Assembly (NCBI GenBank): GCA_963742395.1 | Contig: CAVUME010000006.1 | Span: 276,589 to 340,588 of the forward strand | Length of the DNA: 64,000 nucleotides | Reading direction: 5' to 3' | Source of the DNA: an uncultured Solirubrobacteraceae bacterium | GTDB lineage: Bacteria > Actinomycetota > Thermoleophilia > Solirubrobacterales > Solirubrobacteraceae | Shown: positions 28,804 to 40,051 of the stretch, piece by piece | Layout: every line of letters begins with the position of its first letter | Position numbering within the stretch: the stretch's first letter is position 1 | Program-made: the position numbers and the translations under genes | Notes under the pieces: generated by a model | Databases searched by the model: none | Told to the model about the DNA's origin: nothing | What the model saw: the letters and a program-made list of their open reading frames with translations, nothing else

Positions 28804-28934
28804 GACAACCACCAGCTGTCGCCCCCTTCAGCAGCGTCGTGAGCCCCCCGCGATCGCCGCCATCGAAAGGGGGGTGGCTATGCGGTATGCCGGCGCGGCT
28901 CGCCATGGTCGCCCGGCATACCGTTATTTTTTTT
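28804..28934 (+). ncRNA. Candidate stress-sigma-dependent small RNA with two C-rich loops (6C-like architecture)
   Basis: Has its own promoter, two hairpins with C5/C6 runs in the loops, a complementary G6 tract and its own terminator. Confidence 0.6.
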
Positions 28935-29765
28935 CCGCTCGGGGCCCGGCCGCGATTCGTGCAGCCGCAGGGCCAGCACTTCGACCGAGCCCTTACGCGA
29001 GACGCGATGACACTCCGTCAGCTCTTCCAGGGCCGGCGGTAGCTCGCCCAGCGAAGATCCCGCAGGCAGGGAAACGACTCGTAGGTCCAGCTGCCGTGGG
29101 GCGACGGTGGCGGCCAGCGCCAGGTGCCAGATCTCGTCCTCATTGGAGAGGTGGTCCACGAGCTGCTCGGCCAGCGGGCGGGTTGTCGCGATGCGCTCGG
29201 TAGACAGGTGTGCGCGAGCCGCCACCGCTGCCAGGACCCTTGCCAGCACCGAGCTGGCAAGTGCCGGTGGACCGACGGCCAGATAGACGCCGTCCTGGTC
29301 GCCGTCGGCCCCGATGAGGACCTCTTCGGCGGCATCCTGGCTGGAGGCCTCGCCGGCCAACTGCGCGGCCTTGGGGGTCGCGAAGCGCATCCGCACGTCG
29401 GTCCCCTCGCCGTCGGCCCCGGCGAACTCGACGCTGTCGGCGAGCGCCAGCATCACCGGTATGCCGATCCCGCCGATCTCGCTGGGCTCCGAGGCATGGG
29501 GCTGCAGCCCGCAGCCGCGGTCGCGAACGAGCAGTTCCAGGCCGTCCTCGGACCCCTGCATCTCTACGTCCATCGGGCCCGTTCCGCCTGGGTAGGCGTG
29601 GGCGACGACGTTGTTGCAGGCCTCGCTGAGGGCGGTGCTGATGTCGTTCAGCTCGATCGCGTCGAGGGCCACCATGTCCGCCAGGCCACGCAGGGCCTGA
29701 CGCACGAGCAGCACGTTCTCCGGTCTGCTCGAGAGGCTCAGCCGGACGTTCGGGATCCCCGCCAC
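28878..29765 (-). CDS. rsbW: RsbW-like anti-sigma/Ser kinase (HATPase_c) with a degenerate second domain
   Basis: ALSEACNNVVAHAY (N box), VRDRGCG (G1), GGIGI (G2) and GTDVRMRF. The true stop may be near 28924 if the A8 run is mis-called. Confidence 0.88.
   Translation of the reverse strand: MAGIPNVRLSLSSRPENVLLVRQALRGLADMVALDAIELNDISTALSEACNNVVAHAYPGGTGPMDVEMQGSEDGLELLVRDRGCGLQPHASEPSEIGGIGIPVMLALADSVEFAGADGEGTDVRMRFATPKAAQLAGEASSQDAAEEVLIGADGDQDGVYLAVGPPALASSVLARVLAAVAARAHLSTERIATTRPLAEQLVDHLSNEDEIWHLALAATVAPRQLDLRVVSLPAGSSLGELPPALEELTECHRVSRKGSVEVLALRLHESRPGPERKKNNGMPGDHGEPRRHTA
28883..28934 (+). terminator. Intrinsic terminator
   Basis: Perfect 11-bp stem CGGTATGCCGG/CCGGCATACCG followed by TTATTTTTTTT. 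Confidence 0.85.
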
Positions 29766-29857
29766 CGTCTCAGGAGGATCCGGTTCTGATGCATCTGAAC
29801 GGGGTGCAGACGCGAGTCGCGGCGTCCCCCCTGCGTCCTGATGCCGTGTCGGCCCGC

Positions 29858-30652
29858 CTAGCCGGCCGCTGCCGGCGCATCGGTCAGGCTGCGCAGCTGC
29901 TCGAGAGACCGGCGCAGCAGGCGCGAGACCTGCATCTGGGAGATACCCACCCGCTCGGCGATCTCGGTCTGGGTGAGATCCTCGACGTAGCGCATCTGCA
30001 GGATCAGACGCTCACGCTCGGGGATGTGCCCCAGCACGGCGGCGAGGGTCGCGTCGAGCTCGACGAGCTCGTAGCGCTCGTCGTCGCTGCCGATCGAGTC
30101 GCCGTAGGAGGCCGTCGAGTCGTCCGCGCCCGGGCGCGGGGCGTCGAGTGAGATGGTCTCGTAGGCCTGGATCGCCTGCAGCGCGTCGAGCACGTCCTCG
30201 CAGTCGATCTCGAGGTACTGGGCGAGCTCGTTGACGGTCGGCGCCCGACCCTGCTCGTTGGCGAGGCGCTCGCGTGCGTCACGCACCTTCAGGGCGCGCT
30301 CCTGGGCGCCCCGGGGGACGTGGATGGCCCAGCCGGAGTCGCGGAAGTAGCGGCGCATCTCACCGAGGATGGTCGGCACGGCGAAGGACTGGAACGGGTG
30401 GCCGCGCTCGAGGTCGTAGCGGTCGATCGCCTTCAGCAGCCCCAGCGAGGCGACCTGGAGCAGGTCCTCGAAGGGCTCCGAGGAGCGCCCGTAGCGGCGT
30501 GTCAGGCTGCGCGCGAGCGGCAGGTAGCGCTGCACGAGCGCTTCGCGGGCGACCGGGTCGCCGTGGCGCTGCCAGCGGATGAACAGCTGGCGTGGGTCAG
30601 CGCTTGCTGACGTGTGCCCCGTATGTGTCGTTGAAATCGTCTGTGAAGTCAT
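29858..30652 (-). CDS. SigB/SigF-family sigma factor
   Basis: EDLLQVASLGLLKAIDRYD, FAVPTILGEMRRYFRD and TQTEIAERVGISQMQVSRLL. Clustered with rsbW and rsbV. Confidence 0.95.
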   Translation of the reverse strand: MTSQTISTTHTGHTSASADPRQLFIRWQRHGDPVAREALVQRYLPLARSLTRRYGRSSEPFEDLLQVASLGLLKAIDRYDLERGHPFQSFAVPTILGEMRRYFRDSGWAIHVPRGAQERALKVRDARERLANEQGRAPTVNELAQYLEIDCEDVLDALQAIQAYETISLDAPRPGADDSTASYGDSIGSDDERYELVELDATLAAVLGHIPERERLILQMRYVEDLTQTEIAERVGISQMQVSRLLRRSLEQLRSLTDAPAAAG

Positions 30653-30702
30653 TTCCCCTCCTCCCAGCCGAACCCGGACGAATATGTCCGAGTCAACAGA
30701 TC

Positions 30703-30728
30703 ATACCCACTTCTGAGGGCCTCTAAAC
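30703..30728 (-). promoter_or_regulatory. SigB/SigF-type autoregulatory promoter GTTT-N16-GGGTAT
   Basis: Exact consensus 50 nt upstream of the sigma ATG. Confidence 0.8.
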
Positions 30729-30784
30729 ATGGCGTCGGAAGAAACGCGGAAATTCTAAACCCGAGGGCAGGCTAGGCTCATTAC

Positions 30785-32184
30785 GTGGACGAACAGGCCA
30801 TTCCTCCGATCGCAGAGCTGCTGGCATCCCGCCGCGGCGAGGAGCTCGATCTCGGCGATCGCTACCTGAATCCCCAGATGGGCCGGATCCTGCGGACGCT
30901 CGGCTTCGACCGCGTGTGGACCGGCGGGGAGGGGGCGCACCTGATCGACGAGACGGGCGAGCGCTACCTCGACCTGATCGGCGGCTACGGCGTGTTCGCG
31001 ATCGGGCGCAACCACCCCGAGGCGATCGCCGCGATCGAGCAGGTGATGGCGGCCAGCACGGCCAACCTGCCCCAGCTCGGGGCGTCGCTGCTGCCCGGGG
31101 TGCTGGCCGAGCAGCTGATCGCCCGCTCGCCGGCGAGCGTCGCCGCGGTGATCCCGGCGAACTCCGGCACCGAGGCCGTCGAGGCGGCCATCAAGGTCTC
31201 CCGCGCGGCAACCGGCCGCAGGCGGGTGCTGTATGCGGAGCACGCCTTCCACGGCCTCACCATCGGCGCCCTCTCGCTCAACGGCAACGAGGAGTTCCGC
31301 GACGGCTTCGGTCCCCTGCTGGACGACTGCGAGGCGGTCGGGTTCGGCGATCTCGAGGCGCTCGAGCGCGCACTCGCAGGCGGCGACGTGGCCGCCTTCG
31401 TGGTCGAGCCCGTGCAGGGCAAGGGCGTCAACCTCCCGCCGGAGGGCTACCTCCCCGGCGCCCAGCGGCTGTGCCGTGAGGCGGGCGCGCTGTTCGTCTG
31501 CGACGAGGTCCAGACGGGCATCGGCCGCACCGGGCGTTTCCTGGCCTGCGAGCACTGGGGTCTGGAGCCCGACCTGATCTGCGTCGCCAAGGCCCTCTCC
31601 GGGGGGCTTCGTCCCGATCGGCGCGGTGCTGGCTTCCCGGCAGGCCTTCGAGAAGGTCTTCGACGGCATGGAGCGGGCCGTCCGCCACGGTTCGACGTTC
31701 GGCGGCAACGACCTCGCGGCTGCGGCCGGCCTGGCCACCCTGCGGGTACTCGATCAGGAGCGTCTGGTCGACCGGGCTCCGGTGCATGGGAGAGCTGCTG
31801 ATGGAGCTCACGATGCCGCTGGCGGAGCGCTTCGAGGTGGTGCGCGAGGTGCGCGGCCTGGGCCTGATGTGGGCGATCGAGTTCGGGGCGCCGCCCGGGG
31901 CGGCCGCGCGGCGTCTGTGGGAGCGGGTGGAGGGGCGCCAGCCCGGCCTGTTCGCCCAGCTCGTGATCGCGCCGCTGTTCCACAAGCACCACATCCTCTG
32001 CCAGGTGGCCGGCCATCGCATGAACGTGATCAAGGCGCTGCCCGCGCTGACGGTCGAGGAGTCCGAGCTGCGCCGCTTCGCGGCCGCGCTCGAGGAGACG
32101 ATCGCCGCCGCCGAGCGCTATCCGTCCGCGCTCGCCCGCTTCGGGCTGCAGACAGGCCTCAGATCCGCCGGCGTGCATCGCTAG
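30785..32184 (+). CDS. Class III PLP aminotransferase, HpnO-like; two frameshifts (about 31605 and 31785)
   Basis: [57 protein letters not shown] and VRGLGLM spread over three frames. Confidence 0.85.
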
Positions 32185-32197
32185 CCTTGCCCGACAC

Positions 32198-34036
<1,839 letters not shown>

Positions 34037-34160
34037 GGAGCCGCTCCCGGCCCTGTCCGGGTCGCCGTTCGACCTCGGTGGCGCGCCGCCCGGCAGCGGA
34101 ACCGGGCGCCCCGCGCGGGTGTGCGACGCACGCCGGCGGAGGAAATGTAAGGTACCGCCG

Positions 34161-34607
34161 ATGACCAGCCAGCTCAGGGCGCCGCTGCCCGTTCTGGCCG
34201 TGCTCCTTGCGCTGCTGGCCCTGCTCGCCGGAAGCGCCGTGGCGCGGGCGGAAACCACCCCCACGTACTCCAAAGAGGGCCTGTCTCAGTACGAAGAACA
34301 GCTGCACGGCGGCCAGATCAAGTCCGTGACCGTCAACAAGCGCATGCGCTCGCTGCGGATCACGCTCAAGGACGGCAGCCACGTATTCGCCAAATACGAA
34401 AAGAAGACGGGCCCCAAGTACTACTCGCAGATCACCGCGAAGGGGATCCCGCTCACCTTCCTGTCGGCGGACGCGGCCAAAAAAGAACAGGAAAAAGCCT
34501 CCAAACACCACAAAATCCGCTACATCGTCGGCGGCGTCCTGATCGTGATTCTGGTGATCGTGGCCGTGGTCCTACTCGTTCGCAGACGGCGCCCGGAGGA
34601 GGACTAG
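34161..34607 (+). CDS. Small secreted, C-terminally anchored protein resembling the FtsH extracellular domain
   Basis: Signal peptide, LSQYEEQLHGGQIKSVTV, and a C-terminal TM followed by RRRR. TAAGGT -10 lies 7 nt before the ATG. Confidence 0.7.
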   Translation: MTSQLRAPLPVLAVLLALLALLAGSAVARAETTPTYSKEGLSQYEEQLHGGQIKSVTVNKRMRSLRITLKDGSHVFAKYEKKTGPKYYSQITAKGIPLTFLSADAAKKEQEKASKHHKIRYIVGGVLIVILVIVAVVLLVRRRRPEED

Positions 34608-36629
34608 CCGACGGGGGCCCGCGCTGGGGCGCGGCGCAGCGGCGTCCGCACCGGCTTCTCCACAGGTGGCCGCACCGGGCGCGGGCGGCCCCACAGGTAG
34701 CACAGCACGCAGCCGCCGGTGAACACGGCGGTGACGAGCAGCAGCGGGCCGGAGTCCTCGACCAGCGAACCCACGATCCCGGCCGCCAGCGACCCGTAGA
34801 GGGCCGCCCTCCACGCCGGGTCCTCGCCGACGGGCGCCAGTACGCGTGAGCGCAGCCGCAGCGCCGCGGCCCCGGCGGCGAGCGCGAGCAGCGTGGCCAG
34901 CGGCATGGCGCCGTGGCGGAGCTCATGCCAGGCGGCTTCGTAGCGGCGGACGACCAGATCACGCAGCTCGCCGGCGGAGTGTGCGTGCAGGACGCTGCCG
35001 GAGTAGTGCCCGCTGCCGTGGGCGCTCACCAGGTCGATGACCGCCAGCGCGATCAGCCCCGCGATCGGGCTCAGCACCACGATCTCCGCGCGCCGTCGCG
35101 CCCGTGCCGCGGGCAGCAGCGTGGCCACCGCGAGGGCGAAGGCGACGCACACGATGACCACCCCTCCGACGCCCGCTCCGAGGCGGGTGGCGCCCTCCAG
35201 GCAGGCCAGAGCTGTGCCCGCCAGCGCCATCGTCGTCCACGCCCGCCGGTCCCTGGAGGACGGGTACAGGGCGCCGGCCACGGCGCCCAGAACGAGCACC
35301 GCCAGCGCCGACTTGAGGTCGTTGCCGATGCCGTGAAAGCGGGCTCCGAGCGCGGGGTCGGGGCCGAGCAGCGAGCGCATCAGCAGCTGACTGCCCGCCA
35401 GCGCGTCGGCGGCGATCGCCGCCGTGCAGGCGACGGCCGGCGCCAGCAGCGCGCGCGGCCAGGCCACCAGCCGGTCGCTGAGCGCCCCGAGGGCTCCGCA
35501 CCCGAGCACGAGCAGGGCGTACTCGGTCACCGCGGCCGGCGCGAGCGCCGCCGTCAGCAGCGCCACCAAGGGCGCCCACAGCACGCCGAGCGCGCCGATG
35601 CGCAGCGCACGACGGCGTGCGGCCGGGGTGCGCGAGCAGGCCGCCAGCAGCAGCCCCCAGGCGGCCAGCAGCGCCAGCAGCGCGGACAGGCGCCGCCCGC
35701 CGATCACGCCCAGTCGCGCGATCGTGCTCCGCAGTCCGCCACCGTCCAGGCGCCCTTCGACCCGCACCGGGCTTCCCTGGACGGACGCGGGAATCGCCAC
35801 CTGCTCGTGGGCGAGGATCGTGGGCGCGATGTCGGTGCTGGAGATCATCCCCCGCTGCTGTGTGTCGCGGGAGGTCAGCTCCCCGGACCGGCGCCCACCG
35901 AGGCCCGCGGCTCCAACCCACAGCAGTCGGGAGGGGCGCGAGGCGGGGTCGCTCTGCACGACGATCATCAGCTCCCGGCGACCGCGGGCGGCGGCCAGCT
36001 GCTGCAGGGCGCGGCGTCCCTGGCTACCAGCCCCCACCGTCGCCACGACCAGTGGCCAGCGCCCCAGCAGCCGATCCGCGCGGGCCACGAGCGTGGCCGG
36101 CGCACCCTGCGAGACGGCCGCCACCCGCCCAGCCCCGTCAGCGGCCACGGTCGCGTCGGGCGCCGCTCACCCCGACCGCGGCCAGGTATGCCGCGCCGCC
36201 GAGCGCCGAGGCGAGCAGCCCCGGTCGCAGTTCGCCCGGTGCGCCCCGGGCCCGCGCCAGCTCGGCCGGCCAGCCCGCGATCCGCGTCGCCGACCCCGAT
36301 GTGAGCAGCTGCAGGGATCCCGGCGGGGAGCCGTAGGAGCCGGAGGCGATGCGCGCCCCCTGGCTGATGTCGAGTCGCAGCTGCGCCGCCGAGGGGCCGC
36401 CCTGGGCCGCCGACAGGATGCCCACCGACATCCCCTTCAGACTCGCCAGCGACCGCTCATCGACGGGTGCGAACACGAGCAGGGCGCTGCGTCCGGCCGC
36501 CGTCGCTGGGGCCGTTGGTGGCGTCCCCGATGTGGGGGCCGCCCGCGCCACGCCGGCTCCCGGCGCGCACAGCAGGCCTGCCAGCACACACGCCACGAGG
36601 GTGCCCCTCGCGGCCCGGCGAGCGGCCAC
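34604..36629 (-). CDS. Hypothetical polytopic membrane protein with alkaline-phosphatase-like extracellular region; frameshift near 36145
   Basis: Signal peptide, ISSTDIAPTIL (AlkP-superfamily-like), GARFHGIGN, VEDSG and about 10 TM helices. Confidence 0.7.
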
Positions 36630-36634
36630 CGTTC

Positions 36635-37183
36635 TCAGTTGACGCTGGGGTCCAGGGGCATGCGGGCGACCAGAGCGTAGCTGCCGCCCATGCTCTCCAG
36701 CACGGTCCTCCACAGCTCGGAGGGCAGCTCCGAGAAGATGTGCTCGGGCCCGGCGTCGTGGGAGAACCAGTCGCCGTCCTCGATCTCCGACTCCAGCTGC
36801 TGGGCCGACCAGCCGGCGTAGCCGGCGAACACGCGACTGCGGGCGGTCGTGCCCGCGAGGCTGTCGAGGTCGGCGTCGGAGGCCGGGAAGCCGATCGAGT
36901 CGAGTACCAGCAGCCCCGCGTTGGAGCTGTCCAGGAACTCGGCCAGCACGACGATCGAGGATTGCTGCACGGGACCGCCGACGTACACGGGCTCGTCGTC
37001 ACCGACGGCCTCACCCAGCTGCGGGACGGCCTCGGCCACGGTCACGGCCGAGGGACGGTTCAGCACCACACCCATCGCCCCGTCCTCACTGTGAGCCCCG
37101 ATCAGGACCACCGCTCGCGCGAAGTTCGGATCGCGCAGCGTGGGCGCGGCCAGCAGCAGGTGCCCCTTCAGCGAATCGTCCAT
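36635..37183 (-). CDS. YqgE/AlgH-family protein (UPF0301)
   Basis: DPNFARAVV, GAMGVVLNRP, YVGGPV and FAGYAGWSAQQLESEI. Confidence 0.95.
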   Translation of the reverse strand: MDDSLKGHLLLAAPTLRDPNFARAVVLIGAHSEDGAMGVVLNRPSAVTVAEAVPQLGEAVGDDEPVYVGGPVQQSSIVVLAEFLDSSNAGLLVLDSIGFPASDADLDSLAGTTARSRVFAGYAGWSAQQLESEIEDGDWFSHDAGPEHIFSELPSELWRTVLESMGGSYALVARMPLDPSVN

Positions 37184-37251
37184 CTCGACCTCGAGGCCAG
37201 GGAGTGCACCACCCGAGGCTAGCGGCGCTCCGGGGGCGGGCGTGTTTGGAT

Positions 37252-38073
37252 GTGTCCGTGCAGCCCACAGAGCTTGAAGAGCGGATCGCGGCCTTCCCCC
37301 GATGGCACTACCGGTTCCAGTTCGACGGGGGCATAGCGACCCCGGTCGCGCGGATCGGGCAGATCAACCGCCACGAGCAGCGCCGGCGCTACTTCTTCGC
37401 TGCCCTACAGGAGATCGCGGGGGGGACGCTCGACGGCCTGCGCGTGCTCGACCTCGGATGCAACGCGGGGCTGTGGTCGCTGAGCGCCGTCGAGGCGGGC
37501 GCCCGGTTCGTGCTCGGGATCGACCGCCATCGGCCATACGTCGAACAGGCGGAGCTGGTGTTCGAGGCGAAGGGGATCGACCGCAGCCGCTACCGCTTCG
37601 AAACGGGGGACATCTTCGGTCACGGCCCTGACGCGAGCTTCGACGTGGTCCTCTGCCTGGGCGTCATGGAAGTCACCTCCGAGCCGCTGCAGCTGTTCGA
37701 GCTGTTCGACGCGGCCGGGGCCGAGGTGGTGGTCATCGACACGGTCGTCTCGGCTTCGTCGTCGGCCACCTTCGAGCTCTCGCGTGTCGACGATCCCGAC
37801 AATCGCGCCGAGCAGATGAGGGTGCTGGTGCCGAGCCCGCGGGCGGTCCTGCAACTGGCCCGGGATCACGGCTACGGGACCGTCGCGCTGGCGCACAACA
37901 TGACCGACTACTCGGGGATGGACGACTACCGGGAACGGCGGCGGATGGCCTTCATCTGTGCCCGGGGCTCACGCGCCGGGGGCCTCGGGGCGCTTGCCGC
38001 CAGCCGTGGGATCGAGGAGCGGTGGCTGAGCTCGCCGATGCTCCAGCGATCCCGCGAACGGCTTTCCCGCTAG
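37252..38073 (+). CDS. Class I SAM-dependent methyltransferase (CmoB/DUF1698-like)
   Basis: RVLDLGCNAG, VLGIDR and FDVVLCLGV. Start codon uncertain. Confidence 0.85.
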   Translation: MSVQPTELEERIAAFPRWHYRFQFDGGIATPVARIGQINRHEQRRRYFFAALQEIAGGTLDGLRVLDLGCNAGLWSLSAVEAGARFVLGIDRHRPYVEQAELVFEAKGIDRSRYRFETGDIFGHGPDASFDVVLCLGVMEVTSEPLQLFELFDAAGAEVVVIDTVVSASSSATFELSRVDDPDNRAEQMRVLVPSPRAVLQLARDHGYGTVALAHNMTDYSGMDDYRERRRMAFICARGSRAGGLGALAASRGIEERWLSSPMLQRSRERLSR

Positions 38074-38085
38074 AACGCGAGCGCC

Positions 38086-39024
38086 CTAGCGGGGCGGACC
38101 GGACTCGCGCTCCAGCCGCGCGAACACGCGCGACCACGGCCATTGCAGCAGCCATGTCAGCAGCGAACGTTGCGGCGGGCGCCCCTTGCCGCCGCGACCC
38201 AAGGCTACCTCCTCGGACTCGATCAGGCGGTTGGCGTGGATCGCCAGACCCGTGCGCAGGTGGTCGAGGTCGGGGATCTCCGCCGACGAGCCGGCGCGGT
38301 CGAGGATCGCCTGCAGCACCGCCTCCGGGCGCTCGATGAAATCCTCGTAGCGCACGAACACGCGCCGCCCGGGGGGCTGGGCGTTGAAGGCCGCCAGCGA
38401 GAGCCCGTAGGTGAGCCACAGGTCGGCGTTCGTCTTGAGGTCCGTGAGCACGCGCCGGGCGCTGGAGTGGCCGCTCCCGAGTCGCCCGATCGAGGCCACG
38501 ACCGCCTGCGGGTCGCGCACCAGCAGGACCAGGCACAGGTCCAGACCGGGCACGCGTTGCAGTTCGCGCGCGCGCAGGGGGAAGTGGGACGTGTCGAGGA
38601 CGTACTCGGCTCCGGCGGTCTCGGCGATCGCTGCGAACAGCCTGCCCGCGAGGCTCCGGTAGGGCCCCTGGAGAGCGCGGCGGCGGCGCAGCGAGCCGAC
38701 CCGGAGCACCGCCGAGGAGCGCTCCAGCAGGCGGTGGGGCGTGTTGCCGTACAGCTGTTGGGCATCCGGCAGGGCGGCCCGCACCGAGGCCCAGAAGCGA
38801 CTCCGCTCCAGTCCGCCGAGAACGGGCGTACCGGCCCGCCCGAGGAACCGCTGCAGCTCCCCCGCGAAGAACATGCCGCGGCAGTTGCCCAGGGCGACTC
38901 CGAGGATCGTCGAGCCGCTGTGGCCGGAGCCCATGATGTACACGACCCCCGTGCGCTTCCCACGGCTCTGCTCGGGCGCTGACGGCGCGGCTCCCGGCGC
39001 ATCCGTGCCGCCCCGGCCGCTCAT
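38086..39024 (-). CDS. Sulfotransferase (paralogue B)
   Basis: YIMGSGHSGSTIL (5'-PSB), LLVRDPQAVVAS (3'-PB) and VRYEDF. ATGA overlap with paralogue A. Confidence 0.85.
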   Translation of the reverse strand: MSGRGGTDAPGAAPSAPEQSRGKRTGVVYIMGSGHSGSTILGVALGNCRGMFFAGELQRFLGRAGTPVLGGLERSRFWASVRAALPDAQQLYGNTPHRLLERSSAVLRVGSLRRRRALQGPYRSLAGRLFAAIAETAGAEYVLDTSHFPLRARELQRVPGLDLCLVLLVRDPQAVVASIGRLGSGHSSARRVLTDLKTNADLWLTYGLSLAAFNAQPPGRRVFVRYEDFIERPEAVLQAILDRAGSSAEIPDLDHLRTGLAIHANRLIESEEVALGRGGKGRPPQRSLLTWLLQWPWSRVFARLERESGPPR

Positions 39025-39981
39025 GCCTTGGCGTGTTCGCCGTGCGCGGGCTCGGGCTCGCGCGCAAGCGCGCGCGTGGCCGAATCCAGCCGCTCGAACA
39101 CGATTCGCCACGGGAACTGCAGGGCGCGGGTCAGCGAGCGAGCGCGGTGGTGTCGGGGGAGCGGTCTCACGCAGGGTCACGGACTGCGAGCGGATCAGGC
39201 GGTTGCCCTGGAAGGGGATGCCCGTCGCGAGCGTCTCCCGGTCCAGCGTTGCGCTCGACCCACTGACCCGCAGGATCCGGCGCACGACCGTGGCGGGTTC
39301 GGCGAGGAACTCCTCGTGGCGCACGAACAGCCGCCGCCGGCGGGGGTGGCGCAGGAACACCCAGCTGGCGAGCAGGTAGGTCAGCCACAGATAGGCGTTG
39401 GCCGCCAGCACGCCGTAGCGACGCTCGGGCACGTCCTCGCGTCCCAGCGAGGCGACCAGGCGCTCGGGGTCGCGCACGAGGAACACCAGGTACAGCTCGA
39501 TGTTCTCCAGGCGCTGCAGCTCGCGGGCCCTCATCGGGTAGTGGGAGCTGTCCACCAGACGCTCCGCGCCGGAGGTCTCGGCGACGGCCTCGAACAGGCG
39601 CCCGGCGAGCTCCAGGTAACGGGGTCGCAGGGCTCGGCGGGTGCGCAGCCTGCGAGGGTCCAGCAGCTCCGAGGAGCGCTCGAGCGAGCGCACGCCACCG
39701 CCGGCGATCCCGTCGGGCTCCACCAGCGCGCGGACCTGCGCCCAGAAACGATCCCGCTCCTCGCCTGCAAGCGGGCTGTGTCCCGACCTGGGCAGCCACT
39801 TGTCCAGCTCACCGGCGTAGAAGACGCCCTCGCAGTTGCCGAGCGCGACCCCGAGGATCGTGCTTCCGCTGCGCCCCGCACCGAGCACGTAGAGGACCTT
39901 CGGTGCCTGGGCAGGCGCAGGGGGCGGCGATGCGGAGGAGGGTGCCGGCTCGGGTGGGACTCCGGGAGCAGAGTGGCTCAT
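39021..39981 (-). CDS. Sulfotransferase (paralogue A); frameshift near 39140
   Basis: YVLGAGRSGSTIL and LVRDPERLVAS. The shifted frame gives LTRALQFPWRIVFERL...stop at 39021, matching the C-terminus of paralogue B. Confidence 0.83.
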
Positions 39982-40051
39982 CGGCCCGGCAGTCTCGCAG
40001 AGCCCGGGCGGCCGCTCGGCGCGTTCCGGTGTCGGTGAATAGGATCTGCTC

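Noticed and set aside
28880-29203. Protein-coding ORF from the SD-ATG at 28880
   Set aside because: It crosses a strong terminator, runs antisense to rsbW, and has no protein-like features.
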